Below are positions 31,264-40,688 of a DNA stretch of 64,000 bases, in pieces. The stretch is from Promethearchaeota archaeon (GTDB lineage Archaea; Asgardarchaeota; Lokiarchaeia; Sigyniarchaeales; SOKP01). The stretch covers positions 96,001 through 160,000 of the forward strand of contig JAEOTA010000054.1 in the NCBI GenBank assembly GCA_016840085.1. The letters run 5' to 3'. Positions within the stretch are counted from its first letter, which is position 1. Each line of letters starts with the position of its first letter. The notes beneath the pieces are model-generated. The model had not been told where the DNA came from, did no database searches, and saw nothing but the letters and a program-made list of their open reading frames with translations. The position numbers were made by a program, and so were the translations under genes.

Positions 31264-32298
31264 CTAGTCTTCTTTACTAGGAATCTTAGGTAATTGTCTT
31301 CTATTTGTACTTTTAGGTTTTGTCTCTCTTCTTTCAGGCTTTTTTTCTTCTGTCTTCATTGAAGCAGGCTTGGGTGGCATTGGTGTCATTGAAGGCTTCT
31401 TTTTTGGAGCTGGTTTCGATGTTGCTGGTTTTTTCTTAGGAGCTGGTTTTATTGTTGGTGTTTTTTCCTTTTCTAATACTTCTAAAGCCTCAACGATTCC
31501 ATTTTTCTCATCAAAATATACTCTTAGAATGTGATTATCTAATTCCATTATGTTTTTTGGAACTTTTTTAACGGATTCCCATTCAGTCTCTTCTATATCT
31601 TCTCCAAAGACTTTAGCACTTTTAGAGATAGCCGCAAAAAGTGTATGACCTAAAATTAAATTTAATCGCTTTAAATTTTCAGGAACCTCTGTTTTTAGAA
31701 TTTTTTCTTTGATTTTTTCTTGCCGTTCCTCTGATAAGCCTACTGAGGACATAGCCATCTGAAGTTTTTGATATTGTGTTCTAGCCTTCGGAGTAAGTCC
31801 ACCTGTAGTAAAAGATGACATTACCACTTTTTCACCTGTATCTTGTAGTGCGGGGGAGAAATATTCCTCTTTACTTTGTTTTTGATCTCTTGCAATGATG
31901 GTAGATTTCGACACTACTCCTCTATCACGGTCAATATTACGTACATATCTCATATCTTCGAGCCTCTCAGTTACTTCCATCGAATCTAGTTGAAATGCAT
32001 CCAAAAACTCTACAGGTTCGTCTCCTGCATCAACTGATACTATTTTACACCGATGGTATCTTGAATCTTTCCTAAGATCTTCTTGAAGAGCTTGTGCAAC
32101 TCTGGAACTAATAAATCTTTTACGAACAGGACTTTTTCCGCCTTTCCAAATAAAAATTCGTCTTAAGTCTTCTCGGACTATTACAAGAACTTGTTCAGGG
32201 TGTAAATTAGATTCAAGCTCATCTTGAGGTATATTTAATTCTCTCTTTTCACCAGAGTTATCCAATTCATAGACCATGAAGGTTTCAATTTCAGTCAT
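31264..32298 (-). CDS. Gelsolin-domain protein (Asgard single-domain gelsolin with extension)
   Basis: LHPEQVLVIVREDLRRIFIWKG..S..RKRF...VDAGDEPVEF gelsolin-fold pattern; Lys/Pro-rich tail. Confidence 0.75.
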   Translation of the reverse strand: MTEIETFMVYELDNSGEKRELNIPQDELESNLHPEQVLVIVREDLRRIFIWKGGKSPVRKRFISSRVAQALQEDLRKDSRYHRCKIVSVDAGDEPVEFLDAFQLDSMEVTERLEDMRYVRNIDRDRGVVSKSTIIARDQKQSKEEYFSPALQDTGEKVVMSSFTTGGLTPKARTQYQKLQMAMSSVGLSEERQEKIKEKILKTEVPENLKRLNLILGHTLFAAISKSAKVFGEDIEETEWESVKKVPKNIMELDNHILRVYFDEKNGIVEALEVLEKEKTPTIKPAPKKKPATSKPAPKKKPSMTPMPPKPASMKTEEKKPERRETKPKSTNRRQLPKIPSKED

Positions 32299-32555
32299 TT
32301 TTATAAAATGAAAATATTAATCAAACAATATAAATTCTTTAAGAAATAAATTTAAATTTTTATAAAATAACTCGAATTTTCTTTTCAAACATTCTTTTTT
32401 AAAGAAAATATTAAATTACATTAATAAAAATATTTTGGAAAATAAAATTTAAAAAAATAATTAGAAATAATGCTTATTTCAATTAATGAAATAATTTATT
32501 TCAATCCATCAATTTATTTATAAGTTTCCTAAATGTTTCTTAATGATTCAATTAA

Positions 32556-33278
32556 TTAGCGATCATGAAGAACGTTATCTATTGAAAGAACAAAACCTAA
32601 AAGAATTCTCCTGTCTGTTACATTATCAAGTATTCGTAAAGCGTAAGTATCTTTAAAATCGAACAACCCACCAAGAAACATATCTCTCCATCTATCTGCT
32701 TTTTCTATTTCAGCAACAACATTTCCAGTTGTTACATCATATACTTTGAAACTAAAACCCATAAATTTACCTTGAGCCCTAAACCATTGATTCCCTTCAG
32801 GATCTTCAAGATAAAATACAGGTCTGAATAATGACAGGATTTTTTTCTTAATTCTGGCTATCATTTGTCCATCTGGTGTTTTCAAATCTTGCGCTCCTCG
32901 GGCTGATATGATTTTAGAGTGAATTGTAGCTACAACGGTGCCGTCAAGTTCTCGTAATTCAACTCTACGCCTAATACTTAAGATAATTCGTTTCATTCTT
33001 CCAATCGGTTGGTTTTTCTCGTCTAAAATGTCACCGGAGCCCCAGTCCCAATATTTTTCTTTTAATATGTAGTAGTTCCGGTTAATATCGAATAAACCTC
33101 CTGATCGACTATAAGGTTCCATACCTGTCGCTGGTCCAGTTGTAGGGGCAACTGAAGCAGGTGCACTTTGTCGCGCACTAGCCGGTATCGGTGAACCACA
33201 TTTCTCACAGAAGTTTTGAGATAGATCTTTTATTTCGGCCCCACAGTTATTACAAAATCTATTTGACATTTTTTCCAC
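32556..33278 (-). CDS. Zinc-ribbon + LURP-one/scramblase (Tubby C-terminal-like) protein
   Basis: FCNNCG...FCEKCG; repeated beta-barrel segments, DTYALRI...ILLGFVLSID. Confidence 0.75.
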   Translation of the reverse strand: MEKMSNRFCNNCGAEIKDLSQNFCEKCGSPIPASARQSAPASVAPTTGPATGMEPYSRSGGLFDINRNYYILKEKYWDWGSGDILDEKNQPIGRMKRIILSIRRRVELRELDGTVVATIHSKIISARGAQDLKTPDGQMIARIKKKILSLFRPVFYLEDPEGNQWFRAQGKFMGFSFKVYDVTTGNVVAEIEKADRWRDMFLGGLFDFKDTYALRILDNVTDRRILLGFVLSIDNVLHDR

Positions 33279-33426
33279 CTTTCTTTTTTTAAATATTTTT
33301 ATACTAAAAATGGTAACTTGTTGTTATAAATTTTAGGATTCAAGACATTTAATTTTTTTCTCATAGAAATGTTTTAATTGAATAAGGTTTAATTAATATT
33401 AAATTAAAAATACATTTAAAAGAGAA

Positions 33427-34182
33427 ATGTCTTCAATTCCCAAGCTCCTAAAATTAAAGGATTATGTAACTCTTATAGGCACTTCACTGGGAATTATAGC
33501 TTTAGTTTGTGCTTGTATAGGCAGCCGTGAATTTTTATCCTTAGGTTTTTTTTTAATTTCAATTGCCCTCGGAGTTGACTTAATAGATGGTTATATCGCT
33601 CGTAAAACAAATACTGTAAATGAGATTGGAAGAGAATTGGATTCATTAAGCGATTCTTTAACTTTTGGGATAACTCCCGCAATTTTAACCTTCCAAGCTT
33701 TTAAAACTGGGGGAATTATTGATATTTTTATTATTATTGGTGCAATATGTTTTGCTTTAGGAGCAATTCTGCGTTTAGCACGATTTAACATTTCTGAAGT
33801 TTCAGGATATACAGGTGTTCCAACTCCTGTCAGTGCTTTATTAATAATTGCTTATTTCTATGCTAATTACTTCTATGCATTTGCTATGGGTGATTTTCTA
33901 GAAATAGCGTCTTATTTGATACCTTTGGTAATGATTTTAATTGGATGGTTTAACATTACTACTTACATAGGTTTTGGTGAAAAAGATAAGTCTATATACT
34001 TATCTTTTATAATTCTTGCCCCTCTTTGTCCAATTTTAGGAATAATTGGCATTTTAAATCCTAATTTTCTAATTTCAATTATCGTGTCAATTTTCTTTTT
34101 ATGTTCTTTTCTATTAGGGATTGCAATTTTTATTAGAGGATTTTTTCTTCACTTTAAAAAAAAAAGGCGAAACCTAAGATAA
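33427..34182 (+). CDS. pssA: CDP-alcohol phosphatidyltransferase (archaetidylserine synthase-like)
   Basis: DLIDGYIARK...GRELDSLSD, LRLARFN, YTGVPTP. Confidence 0.8.
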   Translation: MSSIPKLLKLKDYVTLIGTSLGIIALVCACIGSREFLSLGFFLISIALGVDLIDGYIARKTNTVNEIGRELDSLSDSLTFGITPAILTFQAFKTGGIIDIFIIIGAICFALGAILRLARFNISEVSGYTGVPTPVSALLIIAYFYANYFYAFAMGDFLEIASYLIPLVMILIGWFNITTYIGFGEKDKSIYLSFIILAPLCPILGIIGILNPNFLISIIVSIFFLCSFLLGIAIFIRGFFLHFKKKRRNLR

Positions 34183-34216
34183 AATTTTAGTACCATGGCC
34201 TTGTTTTGGACTATTT

Positions 34217-36208
34217 CTATACCAATTTTTTTTTCCAGGTTTCAATAGCTTCTATAATTTCATTTTTATCGATTTCAGCTAAAAGATCATAGACTTCCTT
34301 GTATTTATTTATGAAACTCCTTAACTTGTGTAGGGTCACGGAAAACCCACGCTTTTCTAGGACAAGATCAGCAATTTTTTGCAACTCTTTGCTAAAATCT
34401 TCTCCTTTAATATTATTTAATTTCTGAATTAAATTATTAAAAGCGTCATTTATTAATATGCCAACTTCATCTCCGGCCTTAGGAACTTTAGGTGATGTGG
34501 AGTTAATTTGTTCTTGTAGTTTTTGCGTTAGATCAGTTATTTGTTCAGCTGGTTTATGAGTATCATCAGATTTTATTTTTAGTGTATTAGAAACTATTTG
34601 ACTTTGAGGTAATTTGATTTCTTCAATTCTTTCAAATACTTGAGCTTGTGTCTTGCTAACTTTTTGTGGTTCCTTTTTAATTTCAGATGTCGGACGAGTT
34701 ATTGGTTTAACTATACTTATTGTTTTTTTAGCTGTTGCAGGAGTACTTGAAATTTTGGCTTTTTGAGAAGCATAAACTGTATCACTATATGCATCTTCCC
34801 AAGTTGACTTTATAATTGAATCTAATAAATTTATAAAGGGTTTATAATTACTTCCCATGCCTATAAAGTCATTCAACGGATTATTAGTATCATTTTGGAT
34901 AATACCAATAGCTATTTGATTATTATCCCCTTTTAAAGCTATTAAATTCTCATTTTGATTAACTCTATATGTGATATTGGCTATATCTTTAAACTTTTTG
35001 ACGAGACTATTTGTATGGGGTTCTGAAGAAGCAATTCGAATTTTTAAATCTTTAGGGATATTATCAAATTGTTCTACTGCTAAATGATTTTCAAGTGTTG
35101 GAATGATGATAATGAGATTTTTTTTAGAATTAGTTATAAATTTCTGTATTTCTTCATTTATTTTTATCCTACTATTTATTACCCAAATATTATTAATTAC
35201 AGGTTTATCTTTAGAACTAATATCGTGAAAATATTTTTTCATAACCTCTTCAACGGGTTTATTCAAACTAGAAATTTGATTTACAGAATCTTGAATTATT
35301 GTGTTTAAATTTTCTGCGACTTTTATCTCAAGGTTCTTTAGGCTTGCAGAAATATCATCCTTATTCTCAGAGATCATCTCATATATATTATTCATTTTAT
35401 TTTCGAAATTAGTTATCATGTTAAGTAGGATCATTTTAAAATCATTACGATACTGAAATGTTGTGTCTATTAACTCACCTAAAGGTTTTATAGACTTATC
35501 AAATTCTTTTTCTATTAATTCGTGCAAATTATTTGTAAATTTTCCAATAATTCTATCCATTTGTTCTTTAAATATGTGGTCAACAACAGATATTACTTCT
35601 TGTTTATGCTTTTTGAATTCAAGCTCATCAAGTTTAGTAATTATATCAGTTTTAATATTGGTAATTGTTTTCAGTAAATTTGCAAATTGAGTTTGAGTAA
35701 TTGATTTAATATTTTGGTGTAAATCAGATACTTCTTCTCTAACTTTAGTTAAAGCCTCCATTCCTTCAACAATATCTTCTATCTCTTGTTTCTGAATAAT
35801 AATATCCTCATCAATATCTTTTCTGAACTCTTGAAAAGCACTAACAATCGCATCTAAATTGATAGTATCATTTTGCTGAAAAATCTGATTCACTGATTTT
35901 ATCATTAATTCTTGAATTAAATCTTTAATATTAGATAAGCTCGAGTCAATATTTTCATAATAATTTAATATTGGAAGAATTGGAGGAATTGCTAAATAAT
36001 GTACTAGAACTTCGGGTCTTTCAGATACTAGTCGAATTAATAAACCTCCATTAACAAGTTGATTCAAACTTTCTTCAAATTCTTCAAGGGTTGCACTAGA
36101 TACTATTGCACTTAACTCATAATATGTTAATGGAGTTTTTCCCAAAGATTTAAGATAAATTTCTATTGCATAGTTAGATAACTGAATTTTTCTTAAAAAA
36201 TCCTCCAT
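34217..36208 (-). CDS. TrmB-like protein: N-terminal HTH, long coiled coil, PLD-like TrmB effector domain
   Basis: LSNYAIEIYLKSL...L...GLLI...YLAIPP (TrmB HTH); heptad-rich middle; IWVINSRIKINEEIQKFITNSKKNLIIIIP. Confidence 0.6.
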   Translation of the reverse strand: MEDFLRKIQLSNYAIEIYLKSLGKTPLTYYELSAIVSSATLEEFEESLNQLVNGGLLIRLVSERPEVLVHYLAIPPILPILNYYENIDSSLSNIKDLIQELMIKSVNQIFQQNDTINLDAIVSAFQEFRKDIDEDIIIQKQEIEDIVEGMEALTKVREEVSDLHQNIKSITQTQFANLLKTITNIKTDIITKLDELEFKKHKQEVISVVDHIFKEQMDRIIGKFTNNLHELIEKEFDKSIKPLGELIDTTFQYRNDFKMILLNMITNFENKMNNIYEMISENKDDISASLKNLEIKVAENLNTIIQDSVNQISSLNKPVEEVMKKYFHDISSKDKPVINNIWVINSRIKINEEIQKFITNSKKNLIIIIPTLENHLAVEQFDNIPKDLKIRIASSEPHTNSLVKKFKDIANITYRVNQNENLIALKGDNNQIAIGIIQNDTNNPLNDFIGMGSNYKPFINLLDSIIKSTWEDAYSDTVYASQKAKISSTPATAKKTISIVKPITRPTSEIKKEPQKVSKTQAQVFERIEEIKLPQSQIVSNTLKIKSDDTHKPAEQITDLTQKLQEQINSTSPKVPKAGDEVGILINDAFNNLIQKLNNIKGEDFSKELQKIADLVLEKRGFSVTLHKLRSFINKYKEVYDLLAEIDKNEIIEAIETWKKKLV

Positions 36209-36375
36209 CCACTTTCCACCAACTAGAATCTCAAATTTATGCTTGTTATATTTATGCGTATGTTATTTTTATTTGTATTTATTTATTTGTATTTCTAAAA
36301 AAAATATATAAGGAAGTTCTCTTATTATGATTAATAATACAGTAATAGTTACTCATCGAAATTGGACAATCAGAT

Positions 36376-37590
36376 GTGAGGAGATTGAAGGAGGATATCT
36401 ATTTTTACTTAGATTTAACCAAGGATTTGCTAAAAAAGAAAGAAATTATAAAAGCTATTAAATATTACATTGAGGAAAAAAATAAGATTAATATAAAAGG
36501 CCATTATTCTATTCTCATTTTCCAAGAAGAAGGTAATCCAATATTCATTACTGATAAAAAAGATGCAAATATTATCGCTAATTCTATTGAAGAAAATTGG
36601 AAATTTAGACTAAAAAAGCAGAGTTATTTTGAAAATGGCTTGTTTTATATATTTTCTTATATAGCTGAAACTGTAAGAAAAAAATCAAAATACAATAGGA
36701 TTATAATAATAACAGATACCCCATCTGATTTATCTGAAGATTATCAAGAAGCTCTATTTAATTTGGTATCAAAAATAAAAAATTTCCCTACTTTTATTGA
36801 CATTATTCGCATTTCTGAAGGCGATACAAGATTTTTCAGTGATGACGTTAAATTGAACATGTTAGCCGCTGATACGAAGGGATCTATCGTTTATATTCAA
36901 GATAGAAAAGAGTTTTCTGATAGAATTAAGAAGTTAGTAAAATCTAAACAATTCATCAGTACTTTTGTTGATAAACCAGATATAATTAAAATAAGTAAAG
37001 AAGATTATGTGTTTTATAATCATTTGGCAAAATCATTGAAAAAACCAGAAGACGCACAGGGATTAAAATGTTATCTTTGTAATGAAGAAGTATGTCCGAT
37101 ATGTACAGATGTCTATGATATTCCATTAATATGCGAGGATTGTAATTCAAGTTTTCACCATTGCTGTATTACAAACCATGTTATAAATCATAACGTAGGT
37201 ATACCAAATATTTTTCGTTGTCCTGGTCCATCTTGTGATGTCCTATTAAAAATTGATGAGGATGAGATTATTGAAGTATCTGGTGAAGTAGAGGTGAGTT
37301 CTGTGAAAGATTATATGGCAAAAGAAGTTCTTCAAAAGATCACTAAGGAACGCCCTAAAGTAAAGCCATTACCGGTATCAACACAAATGATAGAACAAAC
37401 TAAAGATAAAAGAATAGATACAGTACCAGTTACTAGCTATAGTACAGCAGAAAAAAATAATAAAACTGTAAGAGTTGGAGGCTTTTTTGGTAAAATGTAT
37501 ACTGTAAAGAAAGTCAGTGATAAAATTGTTTATGAAAAACTGACAAAAGCAACTAGTTTTAAACCAAATAATGATATGTCAGAGAAATAG
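36376..37590 (+). CDS. vWA-like domain + RING/PHD-like Zn finger protein (paralogue 1)
   Basis: YFYLD, RIIIITDTPS, FIDIIR (vWA strands); CYLC..CPIC..CEDC..FHHCC..RCPGPSC. Confidence 0.7.
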   Translation: MRRLKEDIYFYLDLTKDLLKKKEIIKAIKYYIEEKNKINIKGHYSILIFQEEGNPIFITDKKDANIIANSIEENWKFRLKKQSYFENGLFYIFSYIAETVRKKSKYNRIIIITDTPSDLSEDYQEALFNLVSKIKNFPTFIDIIRISEGDTRFFSDDVKLNMLAADTKGSIVYIQDRKEFSDRIKKLVKSKQFISTFVDKPDIIKISKEDYVFYNHLAKSLKKPEDAQGLKCYLCNEEVCPICTDVYDIPLICEDCNSSFHHCCITNHVINHNVGIPNIFRCPGPSCDVLLKIDEDEIIEVSGEVEVSSVKDYMAKEVLQKITKERPKVKPLPVSTQMIEQTKDKRIDTVPVTSYSTAEKNNKTVRVGGFFGKMYTVKKVSDKIVYEKLTKATSFKPNNDMSEK

Positions 37591-37834
37591 GAAATCCTCC
37601 TTGCCTGCTATTTTGTACAAATGAGATATCTATATTGGAGTTATTTTCAATATTAATGAGAAGTAGAACCAACAATTATAACATCTTTATAACATAAATA
37701 ATTAAAAAAAACACTACTAAATTAAGTATAACGGATTTGAGAAATATAAATAAAAATAAATAGCAATTCTAATATTATTCTTTTAAATTTTTACGAGATT
37801 TTTTATAAACTTAAACATTGAATTTGATAGCAAG

Positions 37835-39160
37835 ATGTTAACAAGATCAGATGCAGTAAATTCAGAGGAATTCATATTCTATTTAGATTTAATTGGAGAT
37901 TTTACGAAGAAAAAGACTTTAATAAAAGCAATTAACACTTTCATCAAAGAAAAAGACAAATTTAATGCTTTAAGCTCATATGGATTAGTAATTTTTCAAA
38001 AAGATGAAAATCCTGTAAACGTATATGATTTGAAAGATTCAAAAACCGTTTTAAATACAATTAATGATGTGTGGGATACTCGAGAAACTGAGCAAAGCTA
38101 TTTAGAAAATGGCTTATATGAAATTCTTGCTTACATTTTTAGAAAAAGTAGAGAAACAAGAAAAAATTATCGCGTAATTATTATTTCAGATACTCCTAGT
38201 AAATTACCAGAAGATTACTACAATGCTCTTTATGATTTACTTATTAAAGCTAAGAAATTTTTTGCTTTTATTGATATAATTCGCGTTGGTATAGAGAAAT
38301 TTTATGAAGATGATGTAAAATTAAAAGTTATATCTAGTGAGACTCGAGGAGGGATGTTTTATTGTCAAGATGAAAAGTTATTGCAAAATATCTTAGGTTC
38401 TTTGGTTCAAAATAAGAGAGAATTTAAAGTTATTAAAACAGAAGAATCTGATCAGATTTTGGAAGAAGACAAGGTTTTTTATGAACGTTTAGCAGTCGAT
38501 TTAATCAGCCTTTCTTCTGAAGATGAAGAGATATGTACTATTTGTGAACAAGAATTATGTCCAATCTGTGAAGCCCATTCTGATGAAATACATAAATGTT
38601 TTAATTGTGGTGCTAAATTTCATAGTTGTTGCGCAGCCAAATATTCACTTGCTAAAAATATAGGATTTAAGCATATATTTCGATGCCCTCAATGTGATAC
38701 ATTATTAAAGTTAGATGAAGAATTCGTTAATATGGTCTATGAAGAAGATTTAGAAGAGGAATTATCAGATATAGACCTAACCGTGATGGAAATGGAGAAA
38801 CCATACGAAGAAGACCTTGAACAAGAAGAAGTTATAGAAGACCTTGAGGTTGAAGAGCAAATAGTAAAACAAGAAGAACTAAGTTCAAAAATATCAGAAC
38901 TTCATCCCCCTCCCGAAACGATAAAAAAAGTTAAGGTTGGAGGTTTTTTCGGTAAAGAAATCGAAATAAAAATGAAAAAGGACGCAACTTCGCACACAGA
39001 AGTCCCAGTAGCAATTAAAGAACCAGAAGAACCTATCTCTATTACATCTCTAAGTCCACCCAGGAAAAAAACAACAAGGACAATAAAACTATGTAGAATA
39101 TGTGGGACTACGCTCCAAAATGCTACTATTTGCCCCACATGTGGCGCAAAACTAGATTAA
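37835..39160 (+). CDS. vWA-like domain + RING/PHD-like Zn finger protein with C-terminal zinc ribbon (paralogue 2)
   Basis: FIFYLD, RVIIISDTPS, FIDIIR; CTIC..CPIC..CFNC..FHSCC..RCPQC; terminal CRICG...CPTCG. Confidence 0.7.
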   Translation: MLTRSDAVNSEEFIFYLDLIGDFTKKKTLIKAINTFIKEKDKFNALSSYGLVIFQKDENPVNVYDLKDSKTVLNTINDVWDTRETEQSYLENGLYEILAYIFRKSRETRKNYRVIIISDTPSKLPEDYYNALYDLLIKAKKFFAFIDIIRVGIEKFYEDDVKLKVISSETRGGMFYCQDEKLLQNILGSLVQNKREFKVIKTEESDQILEEDKVFYERLAVDLISLSSEDEEICTICEQELCPICEAHSDEIHKCFNCGAKFHSCCAAKYSLAKNIGFKHIFRCPQCDTLLKLDEEFVNMVYEEDLEEELSDIDLTVMEMEKPYEEDLEQEEVIEDLEVEEQIVKQEELSSKISELHPPPETIKKVKVGGFFGKEIEIKMKKDATSHTEVPVAIKEPEEPISITSLSPPRKKTTRTIKLCRICGTTLQNATICPTCGAKLD

Positions 39161-39177
39161 ATAATGATATTTAATTT

Positions 39178-39729
39178 TCAAATTTTTAAATCTTCGACGA
39201 GAATAATTCCTGAAACATTTGTTTCTTTTACAGCACTAAATCCTTTTTTCTTTAAGCTCGTAACTTCTTTTAGATACGTTAAAATTTCATTTATTTTCTC
39301 TTTAGGAAAATCATTCAAGGTCAAACTAAACTTTTTCTCAGAATCATTCCGAATAAAGAGAAATTGATAAATTACATAAGGATTAACCTCTAACTTTTTC
39401 AATCGTACTTCAATCTTATCAATTTCAAACCAAGAAATTCGAAATTTTGGTTCTCGAGGTAATAAAATTTCAATTTCATAATTAGATATAGTAAATTTTC
39501 TGAGTCTTCCAGGAGCTTTTGTTACAACATAATAAGAATAAGCAAAAAATATAAAAATAACTCCTAAACTTAATAATGTGTTTATAAGAGCTCCAGGAAT
39601 TAAAAACGTGAAAGTAACAATCAATATAATTAATATCGAAATACAAAATATAACAATTGAACAAGGGATAGTGAATTTATGAAATTTTTCACCTGAGAAA
39701 TCAACTACTTCAATATTATCAGAGTCCAT
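39178..39729 (-). CDS. Membrane protein (2 TM + soluble domain)
   Basis: Two hydrophobic helices followed by a beta-rich region (ISWFEIDKIEV). Confidence 0.65.
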   Translation of the reverse strand: MDSDNIEVVDFSGEKFHKFTIPCSIVIFCISILIILIVTFTFLIPGALINTLLSLGVIFIFFAYSYYVVTKAPGRLRKFTISNYEIEILLPREPKFRISWFEIDKIEVRLKKLEVNPYVIYQFLFIRNDSEKKFSLTLNDFPKEKINEILTYLKEVTSLKKKGFSAVKETNVSGIILVEDLKI

Positions 39730-39840
39730 ATCTCAAAGTTAGTTTAATTTAATATACATTTAAACTTTAATATTAAATATTATGTTTGTAAAGATATTAA
39801 ATTAGACTAGAAAATAATAGATAATTTCATAGTGAAATAA

Positions 39841-40626
39841 ATGGCAATAATCATTCGAGATATGACTAAAGATGATGAATATTATGTTAGTACCTGTACT
39901 CATGTGAATGAGAATAACATTGAACGTGAAGAATCTGCTCTGCGTCGCATATCTTGGCTTCGAAGTATGAAAAAATACGGTTTAAAGGTTAAAGTTGCTT
40001 TATTAGATGATGTGCATGCTGGTTTTTTATATCTAATGCCTATTGAAATAAATCCATGGCAAATTCAAGGTAAAAATTTAATGGTATTCCCTTGTTTAGT
40101 TTCACAATCTAAATTTTCCCAAAGCGGTGTAGGGAAGAAATTGATTAAAGCAGCAGAGGAAGAAACCCTTTATCAGAAACGTAAAGGGATTGTAACGATT
40201 GGATATTTCTGGGATTTTTGGTTTATGCCCGCTAAATATTTTCTTAAACTTGGTTTTAAGGTAGCAGCAAAAAAGGGTGAGGAAGCAATTTTATGGAAAA
40301 AACTCAATCATACAGCTAAACCTCCACGATTTAGAGCAGAATCCTATAAATATCACCCAATTAAAGGGAAGGTTATAATAGATCTGTTTTGGAATACTTT
40401 CTGTTTAACTAGTGATGTCGAAGCCCAAAGAGTGCGAGAAATAGTTATGGAATTCGGAGATGATGTCAACTTAAATGAATATTCGGCAGATAATATTAAG
40501 ATATTGCAGAAATATGGCATCTCTCGGAGAATATATGTTAATGGCAAAATAATCGAAGTAGGCCCAGAAATTGAAAAAGATAGGTTAAGGCAAGAAATAA
40601 AAAATGCTCAGATTAAAGTAAAATAA
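39841..40626 (+). CDS. GNAT-family acetyltransferase with C-terminal thioredoxin-like region (YoaP-like)
   Basis: CLVSQSKFSQSGVGKKLIKAAE acetyl-CoA motif; YFLKLGF. Confidence 0.75.
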   Translation: MAIIIRDMTKDDEYYVSTCTHVNENNIEREESALRRISWLRSMKKYGLKVKVALLDDVHAGFLYLMPIEINPWQIQGKNLMVFPCLVSQSKFSQSGVGKKLIKAAEEETLYQKRKGIVTIGYFWDFWFMPAKYFLKLGFKVAAKKGEEAILWKKLNHTAKPPRFRAESYKYHPIKGKVIIDLFWNTFCLTSDVEAQRVREIVMEFGDDVNLNEYSADNIKILQKYGISRRIYVNGKIIEVGPEIEKDRLRQEIKNAQIKVK

Positions 40627-40688
40627 TTTTTAAATAAAATTAAAATTTTTAAAGAACAACTATAAAAGAAAGATATTTGATGGTTTAA

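Noticed and set aside
37588-37656. TAG read-through extending vWA-RING paralogue 1
   Set aside because: The downstream in-frame peptide (EILLACYFVQMRYLYWSYFQY*) does not resemble the C-terminus of paralogue 2.
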